63,916 nucleotides of DNA, filler included, from Lenisia limosa (GCA_001655205.1; 9 parts of 9 records of this genome joined end to end with filler, not necessarily neighbours in it); one strand, 5' to 3'; positions 12,010 to 23,057 are shown, numbered from the whole stretch's first letter. Notes: generated from the letters alone by a model not told the origin. A program made the numbers and translations.

Positions 12010-15000
12010 AATTTTACGGCCTTAAGAAGTACCGCGCTGAAAAAAACATGGGAAATGTTCAAACACCTAACAAAAACTTTACAGAGGTATTTTTATCAGA
12101 GAAAACTCTTTGTTTTATCACTTTGAAAGATGATAGATATATGATTGTTTTGAAACTCCTTTTCTTTTGACTGTTATAGATTATTGAAAGATACAACATT
12201 TACAAGAAACTATTGAAACTGATAGATTTTGATGATATTCAAAAACTCTGTTTCAATGTCATGGAGAGAGAAAATGTAAGATGCGGATTATGATGTGATA
12301 ACGAAGAGATATGAAGTTGACAAGATACTGAAGGTGATTTAACCAAGTATTCTTGCTAAATTCAGATGTTTATACGAAGACTTCTTTACTCATAATCCAG
12401 ACCACCAACCTTCAAGATCGGTTTGACGCTGTCTTCGTTGATGAATTCCAAGATACCAGTTTGGAGCAGGTGGGGTATTCTGGTGTTTGCTTTGTATTTG
12501 TTACAAAAACTTGATTGTGATTAAACCAGTTTTTTCATTTTCAGGTGCAATTTCCTTTTTTGATTCAGAGCATGACAGTTAATATTTAGCTTGGAATTTT
12601 GAAGTATATCGTTGGAGAAAAGAAAAATGTTATGGCTGTTGGTGATCCGGTAAGCACCTTTATTGAGATATTGTATCATTTAAATGGGTGTTTACAATTA
12701 CTATTTAGATGCAGATGATTTATACCTGGAGAAATGCTTGCGCTCAGAATCGACAGTGAGGTTATTTTTCTATTGAAACTGAACTCTTTCAAAATAACAA
12801 ATCTTTATAATCTAGGGACTTCATTGAACACTTCCAAGCTATTACTCTCCGTTTGACTACAAATTATCGTTCTTCGCCTCTTGTCATCGAAAAGTCATTA
12901 CACATGCTCAAAACTATGTTAAACAAGTATCAAGTGTTTGTGGGCTTCTTGGAGTGTCTTAGTACAATTTTAGTAGATATACTCAAGGCGGGATACTATT
13001 ACATGATAACTATGTTCATTGGTACATATGTATGTCTTGAGAGCATGACAGACTTGAAACTTGTTTTTCAAAATGAATCTACAGTTAAAGAGGACTAAAC
13101 AGCTGAGACAACTAACTATAAAGGGAAAATTATAACCCAAATAATTCAAAGACTAGACTTAAATACACCAGGACTTGAGGGTACCTGGGTGAGAAAAGTA
13201 ATAGAATACTGTATAGTACAGGTATAGTACAATATTATAGAGGTTGCGAAAAACACAACTTTTTCGGAAGAAACAATTGCCGCTTCCGATGGCTTCCGGC
13301 AAGGAAAGTCTCTGAATTTTTTGGCAACTTTCTTCTCAGATATCCTCGGATGTATTAGAGTTGTCCCTTCTTCTTCACCAGTTCCCTTTCAATAATTAAT
13401 ATTTGTTACTGGATATCAAATGTATAAGCTGCATGTTGTATAACATGCCTATTTGTCCTTGGGAGAGCTATGATGAGTTTTTTTACAAGGCAGCACCCAC
13501 TTTCTTCAGCACAATAAACATCGCATTAACATTAGAATATTACAATAAGGGGATTTAGAAGCATAAAAAGAGAAGTGATAAAGACATTGGCATCTCCAAC
13601 ATCCAACTCAACAATATCTTATCTTGTATTGAAGAAAGTGGGCCAGTGTTGGGGGGAATCTTTGCAGAACCTGAACACCAAAAACCAGTCAGAAAGCCCT
13701 TCAGATAAAACTCGTACAAAGTTTACAGAACCTCTCATCTAGTATATTAGTATGATCATTACATATTCATATACCATATATTTCATATGAAAGTGATTAT
13801 CAATTATTTTATGTGAAACCTTTTAGAACCTTTAATGAAGGCGACCTGGAGATGCACGCACCTGAAGGCAAAACCAGCGAGGAGTCTTTTTTCCGAATTG
13901 AAACGTTTGACAATGTTAACGAAGAAGCCACATTCTGTAGGGAGGGGTCATCACATTTTGATTGTGATATTTCGTTTTTTTATCAACCTTTTTACAAGGT
14001 TCTATTCCAAAGAAAAAAAGAGTATTTCATACCCCACTAACTTGTAATAGATGCAAAGACACTCCAGCCAAAGTTGGATCACTCTGTCGCAGTCCTCAGC
14101 AGGTTTGTCACAAAGCAAATCCCCAAGAACCCCTTTTGTCACACATAACTCCCTTCCTTTTTTTTAAAAGCCTTTTTTGATGAAAATTTGAAACAAGGAT
14201 GTAAAGACTATTTGGGGTAAAGCCACGGCCACAGCGATAACCTCTTCCAGTAACACTACCTCCATTATTCCCCCATTTCTTAACTCTCTTGATTTGTCTT
14301 AATTCCTGAGCTTTAATCGGAGGCTTCTTCTTAATATTTCAGTACCAATATTATTCTATTCACATGTTGGGGACAAAGAGTGGGAAATAGTTGGAATTTT
14401 CAAAATATAATTGTCAAAAAATTCAAAGATTGGATTTACACTCAGGAGTAGATATAATATTATGTACATACAAAATCATATATTATGATATTATAACTAG
14501 TATTTTAGATATGATATACTATATTGTATGCTGAGGACGCACGCAGAAAGCTGTGTGCACAGAGTTGTAAGGCAAATGATTGGGTGAATTAATACTATAC
14601 TATAATGCAATATCTCTTATAAGCCTGATGGTGTGGACGACTTCGGCCAGATACATCCTTTTCTGTATTTCTCATTGCTATATATCATATATTGACATTG
14701 GGCGGTGTAATGTACCGACTATCTAGATTTCACTCACGCCTTGACACCCTTGAGAAGGAGCTCAAAAAAAGGGGTAAAACAACAATACGCCTTGGCAACA
14801 ACGATATCAACTCTTTTACAAGAAAAATCATCCAGCTTATTAAAGGTATGCTGTTAGTAATTGTATTTTTTGTGGCTACTATTTGTGACTATTCTAATGC
14901 TGCAGCTGCCGTAAAGCCAGGCATTGCCCCCGACCTTCTTTNNNNNNNNNNNNNNNNNNNNNNNNNNNNNNNNNNNNNNNNNCATTTCCTGTTCTCATGA

Positions 15001-16639
15001 TTTTTTTTATGGTCTTTCGCAGTTACAGTGATGACTGTTTATCTAAATGATATGATATCTTCATTGATGTGGATGACGACTTCCGACACTAATTACGTGG
15101 TCAGGTTTGCCCCAAGGAGCCCAATTCAGATCAGTGTACTGACATTCATTCTATGCTGAGTCAGGTAAGGTATTTTGGTCAAGGATAGGCATCAATTAGT
15201 AATTTTCTTTTGATGTAAAATGGCAGTTTCCTTGGAAATATTAGAACAACATACAAGTGACCACAATTATCACTTTAGAATGAGCCCCAAGTTGACAAAC
15301 TGACCGAACCTGATCTCAAACTGGCTGCTGAAGAAGTAAGGATTTGATGATTAAACCTTATTTTTATCAACCNNNNNNNNNNNNNNNNNNNNNNNNNNNN
15401 NNNNNNNNNNNNNNNNNNNNNNNNNNNNNNNNNNNNNNNNNNNNNNNNNNNNNNNNNNNNNNNNNNNNNNNNNNNNNNNNNNNNNNNNATTACAATTTCA
15501 TTTGACTATGTCAGTTTTTCGATCCGCTACATGCTTAGAATTGCTGCTGATATTATCCTTGAGAAGCATCCCAGCGATAGTGCCACAATATTTGATTCTT
15601 TGAAGGTAATGACTTTTGTTCATATTTTTGGTCTTGGCGAGATAGCTGTGTTGTATTTCCACTTTGTGAGAAATTAGATTTACTCTTTCAATTTCAGTTG
15701 TCACTGATGTAGGTGCTGATCAAATGTTGCCCACTCATCTCGCTTGAACCTTTCACCCAGGTTTTGGGGCTCTCTCTACGTTACGATATCGTGTTACTTC
15801 AAATATTATGGCATTTGGTGTTTTTTTTGGTGTATTTTTATTTTGCGAACATACCCCTTGAAGAAGAGGTTTTTTTACTTTTTTTAGCAATTACAAAAAC
15901 TTTGTGACAGGGTGACGCTTTATATTAAAGGAGACTCAGAAAGTGACAGTATGTTATCAGGGGTTCGTTGACGATTTTGTATGGCAATAGATCGGTTGAT
16001 TTCCACACTCAATTCCTTATTATCTTCAGAAACAGCCGTTCACCTTCTCACTGCGCACTCTGCAAAAGGTCTTGAAGTAGGCTGAAATAAATAGTATTAA
16101 ATTATCATTGAATTTTGCTCAAGGCAAACAAAACAACGTTAATTCGCCTTCATTACGCAGTTCGACGAAGTTGTCATCCTTGGTGCTGAAGCTGACACGT
16201 TCCCAGCTTTCAATTGCCAAACTTTAGAGGCCGAGATAGAAGACGGGAGGCTATTCTATGGTTAGGTCACTCGGCAGAACCCAACATTGTGTATTCTACC
16301 CAAAGCTTTGTAAATTTGCCGAACTGTGGAAAATTTTACACTTTTTGCAGTTAAACTTGCCTCATTTAGAGTGAAATTTCACCCAAGGGGTAACTTTACC
16401 CAAATTTTAACAAATAACGTCAACTTTTAGCAATAATTTTTCAAATCATAGTGGAAAAATTAACAAATGTTGCCAATCGAAGTAATCTGCCAGTTACATT
16501 CAGTTCAATTTATTGACCTTTGAAAGTCACTTTTCTAGTTGCAATGACTCGTGCAAGGAAACAACTGCATATTTCGAAAACCAAAAGACAAGGGTGGGTG
16601 AACAAGAAAAAATCACCATTTTTGGAGGGACTTGAGTAA
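12010..16639 (+). CDS. UvrD/PcrA/Rep-family (SF1A) DNA helicase, intron-rich, 5'-partial
   Basis: Motifs in order across exons: IDFDDIQ, FDAVFVDEFQDTSLEQ (II), VMAVGDP|MQMIYTWRNA (III), TTNYRSSP (IV), ETFDNVNEEATF, SVAVLSR, LLTAHSAKGLE|FDEVVI (V), GRLFY|VAMTRARKQL (VI); stop 16637-16639. Confidence 0.9.
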
Positions 16640-16892
16640 CCTTCCCCCTGCTGTCTTGTTTATTTGTTAATAGTGTGTTATTATTAGATTATTATTGGCT
16701 TTTCTGTTGTTTATTTTATGATGAAAGCTGTTGAAAATTTTGAATTGAATCATTGGTAAGGGTGTTTGATGGAATCATGTTACTGATACTACNNNNNNNN
16801 NNNNNNNNNNNNNNNNNNNNNNNNNNNNNNNNNNNNTTAATTAATTAANNNNNNNNNNNNNNNNNNNNNNNNNNNNNNNNNNNNNNNNNNNN

Positions 16893-19041
16893 TAACAAAA
16901 GTGGCATTTGCATTTCCAGTATTTTGAAATCTGATAATATAATCTAAATATTCATCTGTTTCATCAAGAGTTATAGTTAAGCCTTGCAGAACTCTTTTGT
17001 CATTAGGGTCAAAGGCATTTACAACAATTTGGTCTAATTCATATAAGTTGTCATTTGGTGTAAAATCATTTGGGTTTGGTGTTACTATTGCGGTAAAGCT
17101 TAAAATATCGTCTGTATTTACAATTGGTGGTGTAAAATTTTGCATTGTAATATCAATCTCAATGCTTTCAAATGGTTGGATAGTTCCTAAACTAAAGTTT
17201 AAACTATTGGTTGTTGTGCTTGTTTCATTAGGAATAGCTGACACATATGATTGTTTTGTATTATCAAAAGTAAACTCAGCTGAAATACCATTAATAATTT
17301 CTGTACCAATATTTTTTATTACCAATTTATAACGAGACTGAAAACCTGGTCTAGCCTGATTTATTGGTAAAATAGTAATATTTAAATCCTCTACGATTTG
17401 ATTTGCTGTTAAACAAAAATCAACTTGTTCTGTGGACATTGTCGAAAAATCAACGGATTCACTTTGAGGTGTTGCAGTAAAATAATTGGGTAAATTGGAA
17501 ATATAAACAGTTTGATTTCCTGTATGAACAGGTATCTCATAATTACCGTTGATTACAATACTAGAAACATCAAACATATTTAAATCTTCGGCCTTAACTA
17601 GTAAATTTGTTGCTTCAATATCTAAAATATTACATCCATCATTATTTAAATCGTAATATACAGAACCGACGATGGTGTTACAATTAGCTGAATCACCATC
17701 TCCAGAAAAATACCAGCCTTTGTTGTATTGCAAATAATTGTGAGCATTAAAATTACAATATTCAAGACCATGCACACCAAGACTTATATTGTTTATATCT
17801 GTTGAAGCTAATTTTAATAATAATTTATCATAATGATAAATACTTAAATTTGAGTAGGATAACATATCACCCCAACCATAAGAATAACTAAGGCTAGAAA
17901 AATCCCAAGATGACAAATCTTGATCAAAACTTGTTGCATTTTTAAACATTTCATACATGTAATTAACATTTGAAGTGTTCCAATTATCTAATGGCTGATT
18001 AAAACTAGATGCACCAAAAAACATGCTCCATAAAGTTGTTACATTGGATATATTCCAACTATTTAAGGGTTTATTATAATTTGAAGCATATGCAAACATA
18101 CTACTCATATTAGTGACGCTTGAAACATCCCAAATATCAATAGACTGATTGTAACTTGAAGCTTGATAAAATAACCGTGTCATGTTGGTTACATTAGAAA
18201 CATCCCAACTATCGATGGGTTGGTTAAAGGATGTTGCGCCTTGAAAAACACTGACTAATTCTGTTAAACTAGATGTATTCCAATTACCAATAGGTTGATT
18301 AAACGAAGTTGCCTCAAAAAACATCTCATTTATATTAGAAACATTAGAGACATCCCAACTATTTAAAGATTGATTATAATTAGAACAACCTGAAAACATA
18401 TATGACATATCTGTGGCATTAGACACATTCCAATTATCTAAGGATTGATTGAAATTTGATGCATTTGCAAACATTTCATACATATAATTAACGTTTGAAG
18501 TATTCCAATTATCTAATGGCTGATTAAAACTAGTACATCCCCTAAACATTCCGCCCATATTAGTGACATTAGAAACATCCCAATTATTAATATTTTGATT
18601 GAAATTTACACATCCATCAAACATAAATGAAGTATCGGTGACTTGACTTAAATCAGGAGCATCTGTAGCGTTAATAACTAAGTTTGAGCAATTACCAAAC
18701 ATACTTGCCGTAGAATTCCAAACAATATCTCCCCATTGTTCCACACTTAATACATTCTCTTTTGTGTATTCGTTTAAATTTAATTCAGGAAATATGCCTG
18801 AAATACTAATGTTGTATATGCCTGTTTGAGAGTATGAATGTTGTAGAGACTGAGTTTGATTATTTAAAATTGTTCCATCTCCGAAGTCAATGGTAAAATT
18901 ATAATTTGGACTATAAGAGTATACAACTAAAACAAAATCAGAATTATCAATTGTTGCTTCCCATGTCAATATAAAGGGTTCTTGCGCTCTAATACTAATA
19001 GTCATTAAAAAAAATATAAAAAATAAGGTTTTTTTCATCAT
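16893..19041 (-). CDS. BspA/DUF285 repeat surface protein with signal peptide and DPNDK-type C-terminal domain, 3'-truncated
   Basis: MMKKTLFFIFFLMTISIRAQ signal peptide; FTIDFGDG; about 10 repeats of FNQPLDNWNTSNVxxMxxMF; AFDPNDK...YIIRFQNTG region as in probable T9SS cargo proteins. The ORF track's 16837 end lies in the linker. Confidence 0.9.
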
Positions 19042-19077
19042 ATTGTTTTTGAATTCGGTCTTTACTAGGTCAAACTT

Positions 19078-19215
19078 ATGCCCAACGGTTTTGTATAACC
19101 GTCAGTTACGGGTTAAAGTACTCAAATTTTTCGGTTTAGGACTGACGTTAGCAATTCCGAGTGGATTCGGACGTAGTCGAATCCGCCGTAATTGCGGTTA
19201 TACATTGTTGTGCTT
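19078..19215 (-). repeat. attC-like palindromic site C (138 bp)
   Basis: Minus strand: AAGCACAAC-aat-GTATAACCG-caa-TTACGG...CCGTAA-ctga-CGGTTATAC-aaaacc-GTTGGGCAT, with an inner hairpin GGATTCG/CGAATCC. Confidence 0.75.
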
Positions 19216-20009
19216 TCGTTATTTTAGTCATATTCCTCGATTAATTTATAGAGGTTTTCTAATTCAGTTTTAAGTCTTTGTTAGTTTTCAATCTGTACAT
19301 TAGAGTTATAGAATATATTGTCTACTAAACTCTCAAACTTTAAAATATTCAGCACATTTAAATTATTGTGGTTGCTAAATTTTGAAGGTCCGATTAGTTC
19401 TCCATGAGCAGTGTGTTCATAGTCCATCTGTCTGAAGCTGATATGCTCATATATAAACGGATAAAAATATTCATTAAGGTCTTCGTTCATGTATTTTTCT
19501 CCACTTCTAACCTCTTCGACTAAAGATGGCAAACCGTATAAAAGTGTCTTTAAGGAATCGGATTTAATGAGTGCGACTTTTCCAGTATTCAGTCCTTCAT
19601 TTAAGGTTCCGTTTTTAAACTCCATGTTGCCATTTGCCATAGATATATTAATTAGGCTGTCCAATGTCTTGGAAGAAAGTTTAGTTATATCTTCTCCAAA
19701 CATTTTTAAAATAGCCAATGAACTACTCCTCTGGTTTTCTTTTTTTTCAATTTCCTCTTGTGTAAAACCTATATTACTTTTTACTTCTGCTTTTAGTCGT
19801 GCAACAAACTCATTAGATTCTTTTAAATTGCTTTTGCTTATGTTCCAGTTATTAATCTGTAATGCAATCAATATTCCAATAACGACAAGAATAATTTCTC
19901 CAATCGCATACTTTAAATACTTTCCAGTTTTACCTTCAGAGAGTAAGTTTTGTCTGATTTTTCTAAAAAATTTTATCATTGGTTATTGGTTGGTCATAAT
20001 GAAGCACAA
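19086..20009 (-). mobile_element. Putative gene cassette carrying the DUF6090 gene (924 bp)
   Basis: Starts with (G)TTGTGCTT at 20010-20002. The exact complement AAGCACAAC is at 19215-19207, 8 nt after the in-frame downstream stop at 19224-19226. Confidence 0.7.
19281..19979 (-). CDS. DUF6090 family protein (possibly truncated by a premature stop)
   Basis: MIKFFRKIRQNLLSEGKTGKYLKYAIGEIILVVIGILIALQINNWN is the characteristic Flavobacteriia DUF6090 N-terminus. Confidence 0.9.
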   Translation of the reverse strand: MIKFFRKIRQNLLSEGKTGKYLKYAIGEIILVVIGILIALQINNWNISKSNLKESNEFVARLKAEVKSNIGFTQEEIEKKENQRSSSLAILKMFGEDITKLSSKTLDSLINISMANGNMEFKNGTLNEGLNTGKVALIKSDSLKTLLYGLPSLVEEVRSGEKYMNEDLNEYFYPFIYEHISFRQMDYEHTAHGELIGPSKFSNHNNLNVLNILKFESLVDNIFYNSNVQIEN

Positions 20010-20136
20010 CGTATTGTATATGAAAAGTAGCGGATTTTACGCACTAACTTTTCAGATTATAAATGGCATTAAATTTATAAAATTCATTTTCATTTTAGCA
20101 CTTAAACCGCTATTTATTATATACGTTGTTAGCTGC
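20002..20136 (-). repeat. attC-like palindromic site B (135 bp)
   Basis: Minus strand: GCAGCTAAC-aac-GTATAT-aataaa-TAGCGG...CCGCTA-cttttc-ATATAC-aatac-GTTGTGCTT. Confidence 0.75.
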
Positions 20137-21065
20137 TGCCTTTTTAATTTGGTTCAATCTTTAAGGATGTCATTGTCAAAGAACCTCCAACGGGTTTATC
20201 GTTAAATAAGGTTATTTCTTCCTTTTCTTCTCTTAAAGCCAAGGTGTAGAGTAGTGGCAAATAGTGTTCGGGTGTAGGAATAGCCAAATCAAAAGCTCTT
20301 CCTTGTGATTTGAAATCAATCAAGGGTTGAAAATCGCCACTTAAAATATGATTTTTCATTTTTTCGTTGGCTTCTGTTGCCCAATCAAAAGCAAATTCTT
20401 CGTTGAGTTTGTTCCAAGCAACCATTCGCAGGTTATGTACCATATTTCCACTTCCTATAATAAGTACACCTTTTTGTCGAAGAGCACTAATTTGTTTCGC
20501 CAATTCGTAATGATAATGGGCAGGTTGTGTATAGTCTATGCTCATTTGAATTACGGGAATGTCTGCATTTGGATAAAGGTGCTTTATAACACTCCACGCT
20601 CCGTGGTCAAGTCCCCATTTGTCATCTAATTCTACCTTTGTTTTCGTGATTAGCTGTTTGGTTTGGTTTGCTAATTCTGGACTTCCTGGTGCTGGATATT
20701 GTATATCAAATAATGCTTGCGGAAAACCACCAAAATCGTGAATAGTTGGTGGGTTTTGCATTGCTGTTACATATGTTCCTCTGGTTTCCCAATGCGCAGA
20801 AATACATAGTATGGCGTTTGGCTTTTCTATTTCTTTCCCAATTTTTCTAAAGCCTTGAACAAATTCGTTTTCTTCAATAGCATTCATTGGGCTTCCGTGT
20901 CCAAGGAATAATACAGGCATTTTATCTGTATTACTCATTGATGAAGTCATTTTATTTAAATCTTTTAAATTCATAGTAGAACCTATTAATGGTAATAATG
21001 CCAATGATTTTAAGAACCTTTTTCTATCCATTTTATAGGTATTTGCTTATTCAGGTTGCAGCTAA
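20010..21065 (-). mobile_element. Putative gene cassette carrying ygiD (1056 bp)
   Basis: Starts with (G)TTAGCTGC at 21066-21058. The exact complement GCAGCTAAC is at 20136-20128, 7 nt after the stop. Confidence 0.7.
20144..21031 (-). CDS. ygiD: 4,5-DOPA dioxygenase extradiol (LigB-fold)
   Basis: MPVLFLGHGSPMNAI, ISAHWET, TIHDFGGFP, GLDHGAWSV, GSGNMVHNL and AIPTPEHYLPLLY motifs. Confidence 0.93.
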   Translation of the reverse strand: MDRKRFLKSLALLPLIGSTMNLKDLNKMTSSMSNTDKMPVLFLGHGSPMNAIEENEFVQGFRKIGKEIEKPNAILCISAHWETRGTYVTAMQNPPTIHDFGGFPQALFDIQYPAPGSPELANQTKQLITKTKVELDDKWGLDHGAWSVIKHLYPNADIPVIQMSIDYTQPAHYHYELAKQISALRQKGVLIIGSGNMVHNLRMVAWNKLNEEFAFDWATEANEKMKNHILSGDFQPLIDFKSQGRAFDLAIPTPEHYLPLLYTLALREEKEEITLFNDKPVGGSLTMTSLKIEPN

Positions 21066-21114
21066 CGTGTTTGGCTATGGTTTCGTTGCGTGGTTTAAGC
21101 ACTTAATTTAGCAA
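21058..21114 (-). repeat. attC-like site A, 3' half only (truncated by scaffold end)
   Basis: Minus strand ...CATAGCC-aaacac-GTTAGCTGC; same GTT core and spacer geometry as sites B and C. Confidence 0.6.
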
Positions 21115-23057
21115 NNNNNNNNNNNNNNNNNNNNNNNNNNNNNNNNNNNNNNNNNNNNTTAATTAATTAANNNNNNNNNNNNNNNNNNNNNNNNNNNNNN
21201 NNNNNNNNNNNNNNGGGGGGGGGGGGACAAAGGTGGTAAATAGGGCTTCCTTTTCCCTATGGTCCTAAAAAAGACTGAAATTCTCGATAATTCGATAATT
21301 CCTCGATAACCTGCATCATCATGATGGGGTGGGTGGAAGGATTGATAGTTGCCCGGGGAATCCAATCCTACCAATATAGCTATAACTACCATCAGTCACG
21401 GGCACCCTTTGAAGTTGGCTATCATGGAGTTTAAAAGAACAAAACAGGGGAATGTTTTAAAAAAAATTTTCAGTAGTGCCCAAAATTACACATAAGCCAG
21501 ATACAACCTTATTGTTTTTGTAACATTGCTAAATATTTCGAACGAACCTGGTCAAAGTTGGTGACCCTTGCACTGACTTACTATAGGGCAAGAACCTAGT
21601 GAACCAGCGGGAGATGCTGCCGATTCTGTGTTCCTTGGGACTCGATATCGCCCCACTCGCGAACCAGTTCTCCAAAGATTCCGTTTTCCAAACTGTGGGG
21701 GGGAGGTGAAAGTAGTATAGAATGTCTTTCATATATTTTTTATACAGATTTTATGATTTTTTTTTTTTAATATTATGTGTGTAGGGTTATGGTGTATTAC
21801 ACATCATATGAATTGTTTTATGCTGCTCCCCTATATTCCTGCTAACATTTCAGTATCTGAAGTTCGGCCACAGCCTAGCATTTTACTTGCCCATACCTAA
21901 GGCGTAGGGGGGGGGGGGGGGGGGNNNNNNNNNNNNNNNNNNNNNNNNNNNNNNNNNNNNNNNNNNNNNNNNNNNNNNNNNNNNNNNNNNNNNNNNNNNN
22001 NNNNNNNNNNNNNNNNNNNNNNNNNNNNNNNNNNNNNNNNNNNNNNNNNNNNNNNNNNNNNNNNNNNNNNNNNNNNNNNNNNNNNNNNNNNNNNNNNNNN
22101 NNNNNNNNNNNNNNNNNNNNNNNNNNNNNNNNNNNNNNNNNNNNNNNNNNNNNNNNNNNNNNNNNNNNNNNNNNNNNNNNTCAAAGTAGGACCTGAGCTA
22201 TTTGTGTTTATGAGAGAATTGTCCAAAAAAAACAGCATTTTTGTTATTTATTGGGCCAACTGGGATGTTTTTTAATCATCAATCATAAGTTATTGTCTAG
22301 ATGAATAAATTCTAAGGGATACCATAAACAAATTAACATTTCGCTTTGTTTTTGTTTTTTACTATTTTTCCTCGATATAGCTCTTCCTCTCAGTAAGTAA
22401 GGATAATCCGCTATGCCTTTTGACTATCTGCCTTTCCTTCCAGATCTGACTTTTCAGTTCCATCGGACATCCGTTGAATTGGGACATCAACGTCGTGGCG
22501 TGGGGGGGGGGGGNNNNNNNNNNNNNNNNNNNNNNNNNNNNNNNNNNNNNNNNNNNNNNNNNNNNNNNNNNNNNNNNNNNNNNNNNNNNNNNNNNNNNNN
22601 NNNNNNNNNNNNNNNNNNNNNNNNNNNNNCTGACAACACACGAGGATAATATATAATGATATTAATAGATTTGATTTGTACATCATATATATGAGTGCCG
22701 CCGAACTGACCATGTGACAGGCCTGTGAGCTTCCAGGAATGTCTCCAGGAGTACAGCTACGCTGAAGAGGTGCGGGGGGTAGTGTACTGAAGGAGGTGTA
22801 TTACGTTTTCTTTTTCTCACAATCGGTTTCATAATATTTTTTATATAATATATTACATGTATAAATATCTATAATACATATTATATATAATATTACTGTA
22901 TGCATATATCATATACTATAAATATATGATATACTATAATACATGTAAAAAATATTATCATATGCAATATTTTAAAATACCTCTACCCACACCCCATTAG
23001 ATATATTTATTACAAATAACAATTATTACTTCCGTTAGGAAGTAAACAGCATATAAC

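Larger units (their letters stand above)
16893..21114. other. Bacterial (Flavobacteriaceae-like) contig within a eukaryote assembly
   Basis: Intron-free, AT-rich, densely coding, bounded by linkers. Carries DUF6090 and DUF285 genes typical of Flavobacteriia. Confidence 0.9.

Noticed and set aside
13130-14460. Coding-looking stretches in helicase introns (possible decayed TE)
   Set aside because: All frames are interrupted by stops, with no recognisable transposase or RT motif and no TIRs. Part of the region (13806-13945, 14051-14102) is helicase exon.
19043-19273. 76-aa plus-strand ORF over site C
   Set aside because: Overlaps the palindromic site on the antisense strand with a non-ATG start. 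Such palindrome-derived ORFs are commonly mis-annotated as hypothetical proteins.
19489-20205. 238-aa plus-strand ORF
   Set aside because: Antisense shadow of DUF6090 running across attC-like site B; no recognisable motifs.
16893-21114. Horizontal transfer of bacterial genes into the eukaryote
   Set aside because: Separated from host DNA by artificial linkers, intron-free and devoid of host repeats. A co-assembled bacterium is the simpler explanation.
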